In this document: piece after piece, positions 1-11,292 of the stretch
Position numbering within the stretch: position 1 is the stretch's first letter
How the letters are laid out: each line of letters opens with the position of its first letter
NCBI GenBank assembly: GCA_965277805.1
Contig: OZ255842.1
Location: 2,688,001-2,752,000 of the forward strand
Source of the DNA: Candidatus Lustribacter sp.
Lineage (GTDB): Bacteria > Vulcanimicrobiota > Vulcanimicrobiia > Vulcanimicrobiales > Vulcanimicrobiaceae
Length of the DNA: 64,000 bases
Direction of reading: 5' to 3'
Notes under the pieces: model-generated
What the model was told of the DNA's origin: nothing
Seen by the model: only the letters and a program-made list of their open reading frames with translations
Databases searched by the model: none
Position numbers and translations under genes: made by a program

Positions 1-254
1 GCGGGATCGGCAAACGGTGCGCTCGGGTTGAAGGTGAGGGCATCGACGAAACGGTCCATCGAACCGGGCTCGTGCAGCACGCGCTCTTGCAAGCCGGAGA
101 TCGTCGTCGCCCCCTCGGAGCGAACGCGTTCGAGCACGCGCCGGCGCAGCATTGCCGGCGCATACTCGCGGAAGTCATGACCCGACACCCGCTGCACGGC
201 TTCGAGCAGCAACTGGAGTTCCAGGTCGGTGACCGCCGGCGACGTTACGCCCAT
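1..254 (-). CDS. cheR: CheR-type protein-glutamate methyltransferase, N-terminal part (runs off window start)
   Basis: Manual translation from ATG at 254: MGVTSPAVTDLELQLLLEAVQRVSGHDFREYAPAMLRRRVLERVRSEG..., matching the CheR N-terminal helical domain pattern; directly downstream of a hybrid kinase. Not in the ORF track. Confidence 0.75.
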   Translation of the reverse strand, partial: MGVTSPAVTDLELQLLLEAVQRVSGHDFREYAPAMLRRRVLERVRSEGATTISGLQERVLHEPGSMDRFVDALTFNPSAPFADP

Positions 255-277
255 CGCGCGCGGCCGATCCTCAGCGA

Positions 278-3200
278 TCAAGCGGAGACATTCAACCAGA
301 CCCGGACGAGCGCGATCAACTGATCGATATCGACCGGTTTGCTGATGTACTCCGAGGCGCCGGCAGCAAGACAGCTCTCGCGGTCGCCCTTCATCGCTTT
401 TGCCGTAAGCGCGATGATCGGCAGCGAGCGCCACTGGCTCTTGGCCCGGATGCGCCGGATCGTTTCGTAACCGTCCATCTCCGGCATCATGATGTCCATC
501 AAGACGACGTCGATGTCATCGTGTTCGCCGAGCACGTCGATCGCCTCGGCGCCGCTTTCCGCGGTGAACACGTCCATGTGGTACTCTTCGAGTGCCGTAC
601 GCAGCGCGAAGATGTTGCGCGTGTCGTCGTCGGTGATCAGGATCTTGCGGCCGACGAGCGATGCCGAACCGTTGCTGCCGTTCGCCGGACGTTTGGTTTC
701 CGGCAAACGCGCTTCGACTTGATTGAGGAAGTAGTTGGTTTCGTCGATCAGGCGTTCGGGTGACATCACGTCCTTGATGATCACGCTCTCGCTCAACCGG
801 CGCAACGCCGCTTCTTCTTCCGCCACCAGTTCGCGGCCGGTATAGACGATGACCGGAACGCGTTCATGACGCGGCATCTGCTTGATGGCTTCGATCAGCG
901 AGACGCCGTCGTAGTCCGGCAAGCCGAGGTCGACGATCACACAATCGAACGTGCCGAGCTCGAGGGCACGCAGCGCTTCGGCGCCGGTGCACACCGCCGT
1001 GACCGTTACCTCGCCGCTCTCGATCAAGTTGGCCATCGCCGAGAGCTGCGTAACGTCGTCTTCGATCACGAGCACGTTGCGCGCGCTCGAATCGGCGAAG
1101 CCGAGCAGGTTGTCGAAGGCCGACGTGAGCGCTTCTTCGGTCGCGGGTTTTTGCAAGTGCGCGAAGGCACCGGAGTCGAGCGCGCGCTGCCACTGTTCCT
1201 CGCCGGAGATGACGTGGACGGGGATCGCTTTCGTCGCCGGATCGCGCTTGAGCTGGTCGAGCAGCTCCCAGCCGTCGACGTCGGGCAACCCGATGTCCAG
1301 CGTGATCGCGTCCGGAACGTACTGACGGGCTAGCGCGAGCCCTTCCGTCCCCGAGCGGGCGAAGAGGCCTTTGAAGCCGCGGTCGCGCGCGAGTCCGAGC
1401 AGGATGCGGCCGAACGTCGCTTCATCCTCGATGATGAGAATGACGCGGTCGTGCGGTCTGATCACGTTGCGATCGTCGTCGCTGCCGATCCCTTCGATCG
1501 CTTCCGGCATCACCGGCGAGAGATCGCTGCGTGACGACATGCGCTGCGTCGTGCGCTCGGGCGGACGCACCGCCGAGAGTTCTTCCGTCGGACGCGTGAC
1601 GCGGTTGAGCGGATGGTAGAACGTGAACGTGCTGCCGGCGCCCGGTTCCGACTCGAGCGTCATCTCGCCGCCGAGCAGGCCCGCGATTTCACGGCTGATC
1701 GCGAGACCGAGGCCCGTGCCGCCGTATTTGCGCGCCGTGCTCATGTCGGCTTGCTGGAAGGCTTCGAAGATCACGTTGTGTTTGTCGGGCTGGATACCGA
1801 TGCCGGTATCGACCACCGAGAACGCGACGTACGGCGCCACAACGCCGTCGTAGCCCGGACGATCGACGCGCGAGAGTTCCAACTGCACGCTCCCGTGCGC
1901 CGTGAACTTGAACGCGTTGGAGAGCAGGTTCTTGAGAATCTGCATGAGGCGCGTGTTGTCGGTCTCGAGCACGCTCGGCACGTCGTCGGCTACCGAGACG
2001 CGGAATGCGAGCCCGCGTTCTTGCGCGACGCCGCGGAACGTCCGCTCGACGTCTTCGCAGAGATCGGTGATCCGCTGTTCGGCGATATCGACCGACGTCG
2101 TGCCGGACTCGATCTTCGAGAGGTCGAGGATGTCGTTGATCAGCGTGAGCAGGTCGGTACCGGCGCGCCGGATGGTCGACGCCATTTCGACTTGCTTGCC
2201 GGTGAGGTTCTGCTCGCGGTTGTCGCCGAGCTGTTTCGAGAGGATCAACAGCGAGTTGAGCGGCGTGCGCAACTCGTGCGACATGTTGGCGAGGAACTGC
2301 GATTTGTATTTCGAGGTGAGCGCCAGCTGCTCGGCTTTTTGTTCGAGGGCGCGGCGCGCTTCTTCGATCTCACGCGTGCGCTTCTCGACTTCTTCGTTCT
2401 GCTCGGCCAGCAGGCGGGCTTTTTCTTCGAGCTCTTCGTTCGTGCTGCGCAGCTCTTCTTGTTGCGACTGCAGTTCGGTCGTCAGCGATTGCGACTGTTT
2501 GAGGAGTTCCTCGGTGCGCATGTTCGCAGCGATGGTGTTGAGCACGATACCGATCGACTCGGTGAGCTGATCGAGGAAGAGCAAGTGGTTGTCGCTGAAC
2601 GTATCGAACGATGCCAGCTCGATGACGGCCTTGATGTCGCCTTCGAAGAGCACCGGCAGCACGATGATGTTCAGCGGCCGCGCGGAGCCGGTTCCCGAGG
2701 TAACCTCGAGGTAATCCGGCGGGACGTTCTTGACCAGGATGCTCTTGCGTTCGTACACGCACTGTCCGACCAGACCTTCGCCCGAACGGAACTGCTGGAA
2801 GTTGTGCCGCTTCGGCGGTGCGAAGCCGGCCATATACTTGAGCAACGGCTGATCGTCGACCGGCTCGTTCAGATAGAACACGGCAGTTTGCGAGTTGACC
2901 AGCGGCGCGAGTTCCGACATGATCAGCTTCGCAACGGTCTTGATGTCTTTCTGACCCTGCAACATACCGGTGAAGCGCGCGAGGTTGGTCTTCAGCCAGT
3001 CTTGCTCCGCGTTGACGCGCGTCGTGTCACGCAGGTTGCGGATCATTTCGTTGACGTTTTCCGTCAACTGACCGACTTCGCCGCGGGCATCGACCTCGAC
3101 CGTTCGTGAGAGGTCGCCCTTGGTAACGGCCGTTGCGACGCCGCCGATCGCCCGAATTTGCGAGGTCAGCTGCGCGGCGAGCTGGTTGACGTTGTCGGTG

Positions 3201-6200
3201 AGATCTTTCCACAGACCCGCCGCACCCGGCACGACCGCTTGTCCGCCGAGTTTTCCTTCGAAGCCGACTTCACGGGCAACGGTCGTAACCTGATCCGCGA
3301 AGCGGCCCAGCGTGACGATCATGCCGTTGATCGTATCGGCAAGTTCGGCGATTTCGCCCTTCGCTTCGAGCGTCAGCTGACGGCGCAAGTCGCCGTTGGC
3401 CACGCCGGTGACGACGCGCGCGATACCGCGCACTTGTTCGGTGAGGTTCCCGGCCATCAGGTTGACGGAGTCGGTAAGGTCCTTCCACGTGCCGGCAACA
3501 CCCGGCACCGCGGCTTGACCTCCGAGTTTTCCTTCGGAGCCGACTTCGCGCGCGACGCGCGTGACTTCACCGGCGAAGGAGTTCAGCTGGTCGACCATCG
3601 TGTTGATGGTATCTTTGAGCTCGAGAATCTCGCCGCGCACGTCGACGGTGATCTTCTTCGAAAGGTCGCCGTTCGCGACGGCGGTCGTCACCTTCGCGAT
3701 ATTTCGAACCTGAGCGGTGAGGTTCGATGCCATCGAGTTAACCGAGTCGGTAAGGTCTTTCCACGTACCGGCGACGCCCGGCACGACGGCTTGACCTCCG
3801 AGCTGGCCTTGCGTACCGACCTCGCGCGCGACGCGCGTGACTTCGAACGCGAACCCGTTGAGCTGGTCGACCATCGTGTTGACGGTGTTCTTCAACTCCA
3901 AGATCTCGCCGCGCACGTCGACGATGATCTTCTTCGAAAGGTCGCCGTTGGCGACGGCCGTCGTGACCTCGGCGATGTTTCGCACCTGGTTCGTGAGGTT
4001 CGCGGCCATCGAGTTGACCGAGTCGGTAAGGTCCTTCCACGTACCGGCGACGCCGGGCACGAGCGCCTGGCCGCCGAGTTTTCCTTCGTTACCGACGTCA
4101 CGCGCGACGCGCGTGACTTCCGATGCGAACCCGTTGAGCTGGTCGACCATCGTGTTGACGGTGTTTTTCAGCTCGAGGATTTCGCCGCGCACGTCGACGG
4201 TGATCTTCTTCGAAAGATCGCCTTTGGCGACGGCCGTCGTCACTTCGGCGATGTTACGCACTTGAGAGGTCAGGTTACCGGCCATGAAGTTGACGGAGTC
4301 GGTGAGATCCTTCCACGTACCGGCCACGCCGCGGACCTCAGCTTGTCCGCCGAGTTTTCCTTCGGAACCGACCTCGCGCGCGACGCGCGTCACCTCGCCG
4401 GCGAAGGCGTTCAGCTGGTCGACCATCGTGTTGATCGTCGACTTCAGCTCGAGAATTTCACCGCGCGCGTCGACCGTGATCTTGCGCGAGAGGTCGCCGT
4501 TCGCGACGGCTGTCGTGACTTCGGCGATGTTACGCACTTGGTTCGTCAGGTTACCGGCCATCGAGTTGACCGAGTCGGTCAAATCTTTCCAGGTACCGCC
4601 GACGCCTTCGACCTGCGCTTGACCACCGAGCTTGCCTTCGGAGCCGACCTCGCGCGCAACGCGCGTGACCTCGAACGCGAAACCGTTGAGCTGGTCGACC
4701 ATCGTGTTGATCGTGTCTTTGAGCTCGAGGATCTCGCCGCGAACGGTAACCGTGATCTTACGCGAGAGGTCGCCGTTCGCAACGGCCGTCGTCACGTCGG
4801 CAATGTTACGCACTTGAGACGTCAGGTTACCGGCCATGAAGTTCACGGAGTCCGTAAGGTCTTTCCACGTACCGGCGACGCCCGGAACCTCGGCTTGACC
4901 GCCGAGTTTACCTTCGGTACCGACCTCGCGCGCGACGCGCGTGACTTCCGATGCGAAGCCATTGAGCTGGTCGACCATCGTGTTGATCGTGTTTTTCAGC
5001 TCGAGAATTTCGCCGCGTACGTCGACGATGATCTTCTTGGAAAGGTCGCCCTTCGCGACGGCGGTCGTGACTTCGGCGATGTTACGCACTTGCGAGGTGA
5101 GGTTACCGGCCATGCCGTTGACCGACTCGGTCAAGTCGCGCCACGTGCCGGCGACGCCTTCGACGCGGGCCTGGCCGCCGAGCTTTCCTTCGGAACCGAC
5201 CTCGCGCGCAACGCGCGTCACTTCGCCGGCGAAGGCGTTCAGCTGGTCGACCATCGTGTTAACGGTGCCCTTGAGTTCGAGAATTTCGCCGCGCGCATCG
5301 ACCGTGATCTTGCGCGAGAGGTCGCCGTTGGCGACGGCCGTCGTCACGTCGGCGATGTTGCGGACCTGCGCCGTGAGGTTACCGGCCATGCCGTTCACGG
5401 AGTCGGTCAAGTCTTTCCAGGTACCGGCCACGCCGCGGACCTCGGCTTGTCCGCCGAGTTTGCCTTCGGTACCGACCTCGCGCGCGACGCGCGTCACCTC
5501 GCCGGCGAAAGCGTTGAGCTGGTCGACCATCGTGTTGACGGTGTTCTTCACGGCCAGGATCTCGCCGCGCACGTCGACGGTGATCTTCTTTGAAAGGTCG
5601 CCGTTCGCGACAGCCGTCGTGACTTCGGCGATGTTACGAACCTGAGACGTCAGGTTACCGGCCATGAAGTTGACGGAGTCGGTGAGATCTTTCCACGTAC
5701 CGGCGACGCCCGGAACCTCGGCCTGTCCGCCGAGCTTGCCTTCAGAACCGACTTCGCGCGCAACGCGCGTGACTTCCGATGCGAAGCCGTTGAGCTGGTC
5801 GACCATCGTGTTGATGGTGTCTTTCAGCTCGAGAATTTCGCCGCGTGCATCGACGGTGATCTTCTTCGAAAGGTCGCCGTTCGCAACGGCGGTGGTGACT
5901 TCGGCGATGTTGCGGACTTGGTTCGTCAGGTTACCGGCCATCGAGTTGACCGAGTCCGTCAAGTCTTTCCACGTGCCCGCGACGCCTTGTACCTGCGCCT
6001 GACCGCCGAGTTTCCCTTCGGAGCCGACCTCGCGAGCGACGCGCGTGACTTCGAACGCGAACGCGTTGAGCTGGTCGACCATCGTGTTGATCGTCTTGCT
6101 GGACCGGAGGAACTCGCCTTTGAGCGGCCGGCCGTCGACTTCGAGCACCATCTGCTGCGAAAGGTCGCCGCGCGCGACCGAGCCGAGCACGCGACTCGTC

Positions 6201-6571
6201 TCCGCGATGGGATGCGTCAGATCGTCGATCAGCTCGTTAACGGAGGTCACGTAGTTCGACCACGCGCCTTGCCCCGATACGAGCGACGCGCGCTGCGCGA
6301 TGCGACCTTCGCGGCCGACGACTTCGGAGATGCGCTGGAACTCGCCGAGCAATCGGGCGTTCAGCGTCACGAGGTCGTTGAACGCCTCCGCGACCTCGCC
6401 GTCGAGGCCGGGCTTAGCCGTCGACAGACGGATGGTGAAGTCGCCCTTGGCGACCCCGCGCAACGCGGAAAGCAGCTCCCGTTGAGCTGCCTCCCCGGTG
6501 GCACCGTTCTTTCCGTTATGACCGGCCTTGCCGTTCGATCGCGTTTTTGTGGCGGCTACCGTGGCACTCAT
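278..6571 (-). CDS. Poly-HAMP hybrid sensor histidine kinase (HAMP array-GAF-HisKA-HATPase-3 receivers; OsaA/group III HK-like)
   Basis: Tandem 92-aa repeats; H-box [10 protein letters not shown]-box [11 protein letters not shown] boxes DTGIGI and GGTGLGL; receivers with LDIGLP, VDLGLP and MDIMMP; no transmembrane segment. ATG at 6571. Confidence 0.95.
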   Translation of the reverse strand: MSATVAATKTRSNGKAGHNGKNGATGEAAQRELLSALRGVAKGDFTIRLSTAKPGLDGEVAEAFNDLVTLNARLLGEFQRISEVVGREGRIAQRASLVSGQGAWSNYVTSVNELIDDLTHPIAETSRVLGSVARGDLSQQMVLEVDGRPLKGEFLRSSKTINTMVDQLNAFAFEVTRVAREVGSEGKLGGQAQVQGVAGTWKDLTDSVNSMAGNLTNQVRNIAEVTTAVANGDLSKKITVDARGEILELKDTINTMVDQLNGFASEVTRVAREVGSEGKLGGQAEVPGVAGTWKDLTDSVNFMAGNLTSQVRNIAEVTTAVANGDLSKKITVDVRGEILAVKNTVNTMVDQLNAFAGEVTRVAREVGTEGKLGGQAEVRGVAGTWKDLTDSVNGMAGNLTAQVRNIADVTTAVANGDLSRKITVDARGEILELKGTVNTMVDQLNAFAGEVTRVAREVGSEGKLGGQARVEGVAGTWRDLTESVNGMAGNLTSQVRNIAEVTTAVAKGDLSKKIIVDVRGEILELKNTINTMVDQLNGFASEVTRVAREVGTEGKLGGQAEVPGVAGTWKDLTDSVNFMAGNLTSQVRNIADVTTAVANGDLSRKITVTVRGEILELKDTINTMVDQLNGFAFEVTRVAREVGSEGKLGGQAQVEGVGGTWKDLTDSVNSMAGNLTNQVRNIAEVTTAVANGDLSRKITVDARGEILELKSTINTMVDQLNAFAGEVTRVAREVGSEGKLGGQAEVRGVAGTWKDLTDSVNFMAGNLTSQVRNIAEVTTAVAKGDLSKKITVDVRGEILELKNTVNTMVDQLNGFASEVTRVARDVGNEGKLGGQALVPGVAGTWKDLTDSVNSMAANLTNQVRNIAEVTTAVANGDLSKKIIVDVRGEILELKNTVNTMVDQLNGFAFEVTRVAREVGTQGQLGGQAVVPGVAGTWKDLTDSVNSMASNLTAQVRNIAKVTTAVANGDLSKKITVDVRGEILELKDTINTMVDQLNSFAGEVTRVAREVGSEGKLGGQAAVPGVAGTWKDLTDSVNLMAGNLTEQVRGIARVVTGVANGDLRRQLTLEAKGEIAELADTINGMIVTLGRFADQVTTVAREVGFEGKLGGQAVVPGAAGLWKDLTDNVNQLAAQLTSQIRAIGGVATAVTKGDLSRTVEVDARGEVGQLTENVNEMIRNLRDTTRVNAEQDWLKTNLARFTGMLQGQKDIKTVAKLIMSELAPLVNSQTAVFYLNEPVDDQPLLKYMAGFAPPKRHNFQQFRSGEGLVGQCVYERKSILVKNVPPDYLEVTSGTGSARPLNIIVLPVLFEGDIKAVIELASFDTFSDNHLLFLDQLTESIGIVLNTIAANMRTEELLKQSQSLTTELQSQQEELRSTNEELEEKARLLAEQNEEVEKRTREIEEARRALEQKAEQLALTSKYKSQFLANMSHELRTPLNSLLILSKQLGDNREQNLTGKQVEMASTIRRAGTDLLTLINDILDLSKIESGTTSVDIAEQRITDLCEDVERTFRGVAQERGLAFRVSVADDVPSVLETDNTRLMQILKNLLSNAFKFTAHGSVQLELSRVDRPGYDGVVAPYVAFSVVDTGIGIQPDKHNVIFEAFQQADMSTARKYGGTGLGLAISREIAGLLGGEMTLESEPGAGSTFTFYHPLNRVTRPTEELSAVRPPERTTQRMSSRSDLSPVMPEAIEGIGSDDDRNVIRPHDRVILIIEDEATFGRILLGLARDRGFKGLFARSGTEGLALARQYVPDAITLDIGLPDVDGWELLDQLKRDPATKAIPVHVISGEEQWQRALDSGAFAHLQKPATEEALTSAFDNLLGFADSSARNVLVIEDDVTQLSAMANLIESGEVTVTAVCTGAEALRALELGTFDCVIVDLGLPDYDGVSLIEAIKQMPRHERVPVIVYTGRELVAEEEAALRRLSESVIIKDVMSPERLIDETNYFLNQVEARLPETKRPANGSNGSASLVGRKILITDDDTRNIFALRTALEEYHMDVFTAESGAEAIDVLGEHDDIDVVLMDIMMPEMDGYETIRRIRAKSQWRSLPIIALTAKAMKGDRESCLAAGASEYISKPVDIDQLIALVRVWLNVSA
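3140..6080 (-). repeat. Intragenic 276-nt (92-aa) tandem repeat array
   Basis: The W(K/R)DLT Trp codon recurs 11 times at 276-nt spacing from 5971 to 3211; one more degenerate unit near 6262. Confidence 0.95.
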
Positions 6572-6712
6572 TCGCAACTCCCCGGAAAATAAACGCCAAA
6601 TCGCTTGCTAGGCATCCGTGACTAGCGAGCGTCAGGCGGTTTCTTGCATCCGAAGTTCCCCACGCCAGGGGTGCGTTAAACCTCCGGTTTTGGGCACGGT
6701 ACCACGGGAAAT

Positions 6713-6738
6713 GTTTACTGCTTCGCAAGCAAGGGTAA
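6713..6738 (+). promoter_or_regulatory. sigmaB/SigF-type promoter candidate
   Basis: GTTTAC-N14-GGGTAA, 22 nt upstream of the ATG at 6761; resembles the sigmaB consensus GTTTAA-N12-14-GGGWAW. Confidence 0.6.
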
Positions 6739-6760
6739 GCCTGACCCGACCGTGAGGGCT

Positions 6761-8260
6761 ATGTCCCATCAACCCGTTATGACTGTTTCCGAATCGGAGC
6801 GTTTGGCCTTGGGCCTGCGCTTCTTGTCCACGGCCAGCAAGGTGCTCGCCTCGACGTTCGACTACGCGCTTACGCTTAAGCGCGTAGCGGAGCTTACCGT
6901 GCCCGCGTTCGCCGGGGGCTTTGCGGTCGAGCTGGATGAGTTCGGGACGCACGCGGTCGTCTTCACCACCGGTCCGATCGGCCCGGAGGAAGAAGTCTTT
7001 ACCTTTCCGCTCGTGGCGCGCGAGCGCACGCTGGGCGCGCTCTGCATCGCGGGCCACCACGGCGTGACGCAGCTCGACGACTTCCATAATGAGCTCTTCG
7101 CCGAGCTCGCGGTTCGGATCGCCGTGGCCATCGACAGCGCGCAGATCTACGCGCGCGAACACCACGTCGCCGACACGCTGCAGCGCGCGCTTTTGCCGGA
7201 AGACCTGCCCGAGCACGAGATGGTGCACTTCGATGCGGCCTACATTCCGGCCACCGAAGAAGCAATCGTGGGCGGCGACTGGTACGACGCGTTCACGCTG
7301 CCCGACGGCCGCATCGCGCTCTCGATCGGCGACGTCGCCGGCCACGGACTGCGCGCCGCGATCGTGATGGGCGAAGTGCGCCAAGCCTTCCGCGCCGCCG
7401 CCCTCAACCCCACCTCACCGTCGGTGGTGCTCGAACGCGCCAACACGATCGTGAACATGCGCCAGAACCCGATCATGGTGACGGCGATTTTCGGCATCAT
7501 CGATCCGTCGACGGCCACGATCACCTATGCCGCCGCCGGCCATCCCTCGCCGATCCTCGCGCTGCCGTGCTCGTTGGTCGAACGGCTGCCGACGGGCGGC
7601 ATTCCGCTGGGCATCGCCGATACGATCGACGCCACCGACTGGTCGTTCACGATTCCGCCCGGCGCCTATCTCGCGTTCTATACCGACGGGCTGATCGAAC
7701 ATTCCAAAGACGTCGTCGCGGGCGAAGAGCAGCTGGTGGAAGCGATGCGGGCCGAGATCGGCGATCGCAGCACGGCGCCCGCGCTCTCGCTCATGCGCCG
7801 CGTCTTCGGCCACAGCAAGAACAGCGACGATGCAGCCGCGCTGTTCGTCGCGACGAGCGATGCGCCGCGCCACAACTTCGCCTTCGACTTCTCCGCGATT
7901 CCGCTAGCCGTGCCGATCGTGCGCCGGACGCTCAACCGCTATGCCACGCGTCTCGGCCTCGACGACGATCGCACCTACGCGCTGATCACGGCCGTCGGCG
8001 AAGCAATGGCCAACGCCGTCGAGCACGCCTATCCCGACCGGCCGGGCATCGTGCGCCTGCGCATTGCGAACGGCGACGGCGCGCTGCACGTGACGGTCGA
8101 AGATGACGGCCGCTGGAAGCAGGCGCAGAAACGCGAGGAACGCGGCCGCGGCCTGCCGTTGATGCGCGCGCTGATGGACGGCGTGGAAATTCGCACCAAC
8201 CAGTCACACACCACGATCTTCCTAACCATGGCCTTGGACGGCAAGGCGCTGAGCGCCTAA
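6761..8260 (+). CDS. GAF-like + PP2C/SpoIIE phosphatase + RsbW-like HATPase fusion
   Basis: VGGDWYD, IGDVAGHG, FYTDGL and DDAA PP2C motifs; C-terminal EAMANAVEHAY, DDG and RGRGL. Confidence 0.9.
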   Translation: MSHQPVMTVSESERLALGLRFLSTASKVLASTFDYALTLKRVAELTVPAFAGGFAVELDEFGTHAVVFTTGPIGPEEEVFTFPLVARERTLGALCIAGHHGVTQLDDFHNELFAELAVRIAVAIDSAQIYAREHHVADTLQRALLPEDLPEHEMVHFDAAYIPATEEAIVGGDWYDAFTLPDGRIALSIGDVAGHGLRAAIVMGEVRQAFRAAALNPTSPSVVLERANTIVNMRQNPIMVTAIFGIIDPSTATITYAAAGHPSPILALPCSLVERLPTGGIPLGIADTIDATDWSFTIPPGAYLAFYTDGLIEHSKDVVAGEEQLVEAMRAEIGDRSTAPALSLMRRVFGHSKNSDDAAALFVATSDAPRHNFAFDFSAIPLAVPIVRRTLNRYATRLGLDDDRTYALITAVGEAMANAVEHAYPDRPGIVRLRIANGDGALHVTVEDDGRWKQAQKREERGRGLPLMRALMDGVEIRTNQSHTTIFLTMALDGKALSA

Positions 8261-8270
8261 AAATTTTTTG

Positions 8271-8290
8271 GTCATTCTGTTCGGAATGAC
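8271..8290. terminator. Hairpin between convergent genes
   Basis: GTCATTC-TGTTCG-GAATGAC between stops at 8260 and 8305. Confidence 0.5.
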
Positions 8291-8304
8291 AGGAAAACTT
8301 CTCT

Positions 8305-9048
8305 CTAAAGTTCTCCGCGTGCGTACGCGAATGCCGCGAGCACTGCTAGCGCGACGGTTTCGGTGCGCAAGATGCGCGTGCCGAGCGACACCACCACCGC
8401 GCCGGCCGCCGCCGCGCGCTCGACCTCGTGCGCGGAGAAGCCGCCCTCCGGCCCCACGACGAACAGCGCCGATGTAATCGCCGGCGCATCGACGTCGAAC
8501 GTGTCGCGCAACGGCTGCACATCGGCCAGTTCCCACGGCAAATAGACGCGGTCGTACGTGCCGAACGTCGAGATCAGTTCATCCCACGCGGCGATCGGCG
8601 CCACCGCCGGGATGACGTTACGCCCGCACTGCTGCGCTGCGGTCTTCGCGATGCGTTGCCAGCGTTCGACCTTGTGATCGCCGGTGCGTTCGCCGACCAC
8701 ACGCTCGGAGCGCAGCGGAACGATCGCCGCAACGCCGAGCTCGGTCGCCTTCTCGACGATCACGTCCATCTTCTGGCCCTTGGGGATCGCTTGCGCGAGC
8801 GTGAGCCGCACGGCCGTTTCGCGCGTGCCGCGTTCGATCGGCGCATCGAGCGTGGCCGTGACCGCACCTTCCGCGACCGCGAGCGACGCCGCGAAGGCGC
8901 TGCCGGACGAATCGATGACGTGCACGCGATCGCCGGTGCGCCCGCGCAGCACGGTCGCGATCTTGCGCGCATCGTCGGGCGCGAACGTGACGCTCGCGCC
9001 GATCGCGTGCACGCCTTCGACGAAGAAGCGATCGCGCAGCGAGGCCAT
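8305..9048 (-). CDS. rsmE: 16S rRNA m3U1498 methyltransferase
   Basis: EKATELGV, AAQQCGR, VGPEGGF and LGTRILRTET motifs; downstream of dnaJ. Confidence 0.93.
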   Translation of the reverse strand: MASLRDRFFVEGVHAIGASVTFAPDDARKIATVLRGRTGDRVHVIDSSGSAFAASLAVAEGAVTATLDAPIERGTRETAVRLTLAQAIPKGQKMDVIVEKATELGVAAIVPLRSERVVGERTGDHKVERWQRIAKTAAQQCGRNVIPAVAPIAAWDELISTFGTYDRVYLPWELADVQPLRDTFDVDAPAITSALFVVGPEGGFSAHEVERAAAAGAVVVSLGTRILRTETVALAVLAAFAYARGEL

Positions 9049-9051
9049 CGC

Positions 9052-10167
9052 CTATTCGGCTTTAAACGCTTCTTTGACGCGATCGAAGAACGAGCGGTCG
9101 CCGTCTTCGTCGGCGTTGGCGCGCTGGTACTCTTCGAGCAGCTCGCGCTCGCGTTTGCCGAGCTTCGTCGGCACCGCGATGCGAACCGTGACCAGATGAT
9201 CGCCGCGCACGCCGCCGCGTACGGCCGGCATGCCGTGACCGCGCAGCCGGAACTGCGAACCGGTCTGCGTGCCCGCCGGAATGTTCAGCGTGTGTTCGCC
9301 GTCGAGCGCGGTGACGCGAATGTCGCCGCCGAGGGCCGCCGTGGGAAACGAGATCGGCGCTTCGGCATAGATGTTCAGCGCGTCGCGCTTGTAGAGGTCG
9401 TGTTTGCGCACGGAAAGGTAGACGTACAGATCGCCGTCGGGACCATTGCGCAGGCCCGCCTCGCCGCTGCCGCTCAGGCGAATGCGGCTGCCGTCGTCGA
9501 CACCGGCCGGAATCTTCACCGTCAGCGTCTTGTCCGTTTCGACGCGCCCGCGTCCGCGGCACACGTGACATGGCTGCTGCACCACTTGCCCGTCGCCGTT
9601 GCACTTGCCGCACGTGGTCTGCGTGACGAACTGGCCGAGCGGCGTTTGGCGCACTTGGCGCGCGATGCCGGTAGCACCGCAGCGATCGCACGGCACGACG
9701 AGGGTGCCTGGTTCGGCGCCGCTGCCCTTACACGTGACGCACGCCGCGAGATGACGGAATGAGATCTCGCGCTGCGTTCCGGCGAACGCCTCTTCGAGCG
9801 TGATCTCGATGTCGTAGCGCAGATCGCTGCCGCGCTGCGGACCGTTGGCGCGCCCGGGCGCACCGCCGCCGGCGCGCTGCTGGCCGAAGAACATGTCGAA
9901 GATGTCGCCGAAGCCTTCGGCCGCAAAACCGCCGAAGCCGCCGCTCTGATCGCCGGCATGACCGAAGCGATCGTAGTTCGCGCGCTTCTGCGGATCGGAG
10001 AGCACTTCGTAGGCTTCGTTGATTTCCTTGAAGTGGTTCTCCGCGCCGGCCTTATCCGTCGCTACGTCGGGATGGTACTTGCGCGCGAGTTGGCGGTACG
10101 CTTTCTTGATGTCACCTTCGGGCGCCGTCCGCGGTACGCCGAGGACTTCATAATAATCAGCCGGCAC
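9052..10167 (-). CDS. dnaJ: Chaperone DnaJ
   Basis: J domain with HPD, G/F-rich region, four CxxCxGxG-type repeats. GTG start. Confidence 0.97.
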   Translation of the reverse strand: MPADYYEVLGVPRTAPEGDIKKAYRQLARKYHPDVATDKAGAENHFKEINEAYEVLSDPQKRANYDRFGHAGDQSGGFGGFAAEGFGDIFDMFFGQQRAGGGAPGRANGPQRGSDLRYDIEITLEEAFAGTQREISFRHLAACVTCKGSGAEPGTLVVPCDRCGATGIARQVRQTPLGQFVTQTTCGKCNGDGQVVQQPCHVCRGRGRVETDKTLTVKIPAGVDDGSRIRLSGSGEAGLRNGPDGDLYVYLSVRKHDLYKRDALNIYAEAPISFPTAALGGDIRVTALDGEHTLNIPAGTQTGSQFRLRGHGMPAVRGGVRGDHLVTVRIAVPTKLGKRERELLEEYQRANADEDGDRSFFDRVKEAFKAE

Positions 10168-10170
10168 GCG

Positions 10171-11220
10171 CTATCGAATCTCGACGTTATCGAGATACGC
10201 CCCGAGCGATTGCGCCGTACCGCTGGCAAGCGCCATCAAGCGGCCGTACGGCATGCGTCGCGGTCCGAGAATAGCCAGCAAGCCGACGCCGCGGTCGCCG
10301 AAGCGGTAGGGAACGGTCACCACGCTGCACTCGGCCATCTCGTCGGCGCCGAGTTCGGCACCGATGTGCACGTGCGGGGTCTCCGAGGGATGCGCGAGGT
10401 CGTCGGCAATGAGATCGTAGAGCACCTTTTGTTCTTCGACCATTCGGAGGATCGAACGTAGCTTGCGCAAGTCGTGAAACTCGGGCTGGTCGAGCAAGTT
10501 CTGCGCGCCGGCCGCGGTGATTTGGGGATCGCTGCGGCGCGCGTTGCGAAACGCGGTCTGGAGGGCGCGCCGGATCTCCGGCGATACGGCGATGCTCTCG
10601 CTCACACGATCGATCGCCGCCGGCGAAATGTCTTCCATCACCTTGCCGCCGAGCACGGCGTTGAGCGCGTTCGAGAGCCGCGTCAGCTGATCGGCCTCGA
10701 CGTCGACTTTCCACTCGACCATCTCTTGCGCTGCGACGCCCATCGACGTGACGATCACGATCAGACTCGTGCGCGCCGAGAGCCACAGCAGCTGCACGTG
10801 CTTGAACGCGTGCGTGTCGCGCGAGGGCGCGATGGCGAGCGCAACGTTGTGCGAGAGGCCGGAGAGCAAGCGCGTGGCCTGATCGATCACTTCGTCGAGC
10901 TCCCGGCTGGCCTCGCGGAACTGGTCGCGGATCTGGCGGGCATCGGTTTCGGCCAGCGGCTCGGGCTTCATCAGCCGGTCGACGAACGTCCGGTAGCCTG
11001 AGTCGGAGGGGATACGACCGGCCGAGGTGTGGGGCTGCACGAGGTAGCCGCCGGCCTCGAGTTCGGCCATTTCGTTGCGAATGGTCGCCGAGCTCACGCC
11101 GAGGTTGTATTTCTGCGTAAGCGTCACCGAGCCGACCGGCTCCGCCGTGTTGATGTACTCGTACACCACGGTGGCCAGAATGAATGCTTTTCGTTTATCG
11201 AGTTCGGGTCTGTCGTTCAT
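10171..11220 (-). CDS. hrcA: Heat-inducible transcription repressor HrcA
   Basis: EPVGS, SSATIRNEMAELE, QPHTSAGRIP and GPRRMPY motifs; ATG at 11220. Confidence 0.96.
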   Translation of the reverse strand: MNDRPELDKRKAFILATVVYEYINTAEPVGSVTLTQKYNLGVSSATIRNEMAELEAGGYLVQPHTSAGRIPSDSGYRTFVDRLMKPEPLAETDARQIRDQFREASRELDEVIDQATRLLSGLSHNVALAIAPSRDTHAFKHVQLLWLSARTSLIVIVTSMGVAAQEMVEWKVDVEADQLTRLSNALNAVLGGKVMEDISPAAIDRVSESIAVSPEIRRALQTAFRNARRSDPQITAAGAQNLLDQPEFHDLRKLRSILRMVEEQKVLYDLIADDLAHPSETPHVHIGAELGADEMAECSVVTVPYRFGDRGVGLLAILGPRRMPYGRLMALASGTAQSLGAYLDNVEIR

Positions 11221-11224
11221 CGCT

Positions 11225-11251
11225 TTAGCAGCCTGCACCGGAGAGTGCTAG
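11225..11251 (-). promoter_or_regulatory. CIRCE operator (imperfect)
   Basis: Minus strand CTAGCACTC-N9-GGCTGCTAA versus consensus TTAGCACTC-N9-GAGTGCTAA; 4 nt upstream of the hrcA ATG. Confidence 0.85.
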
Positions 11252-11261
11252 GCTATCGCTC

Positions 11262-11290
11262 AAGGTACCACGTCGCCCCGGAGGGGTCAA
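11262..11290 (-). promoter_or_regulatory. sigma70-type promoter for hrcA
   Basis: Minus strand TTGACC-N17-TACCTT with extended -10 TG, just upstream of the CIRCE. Confidence 0.65.
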
Positions 11291-11292
11291 GG

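Noticed and set aside
3140-6080. CRISPR-like periodicity
   Set aside because: Period is 276 nt, in frame and protein coding, with no unique spacers and no cas genes.
1613-6592. Long plus-strand ORFs (498, 811, 224 aa) with repeats
   Set aside because: Antisense shadows of the high-GC repetitive kinase gene; no independent motifs.
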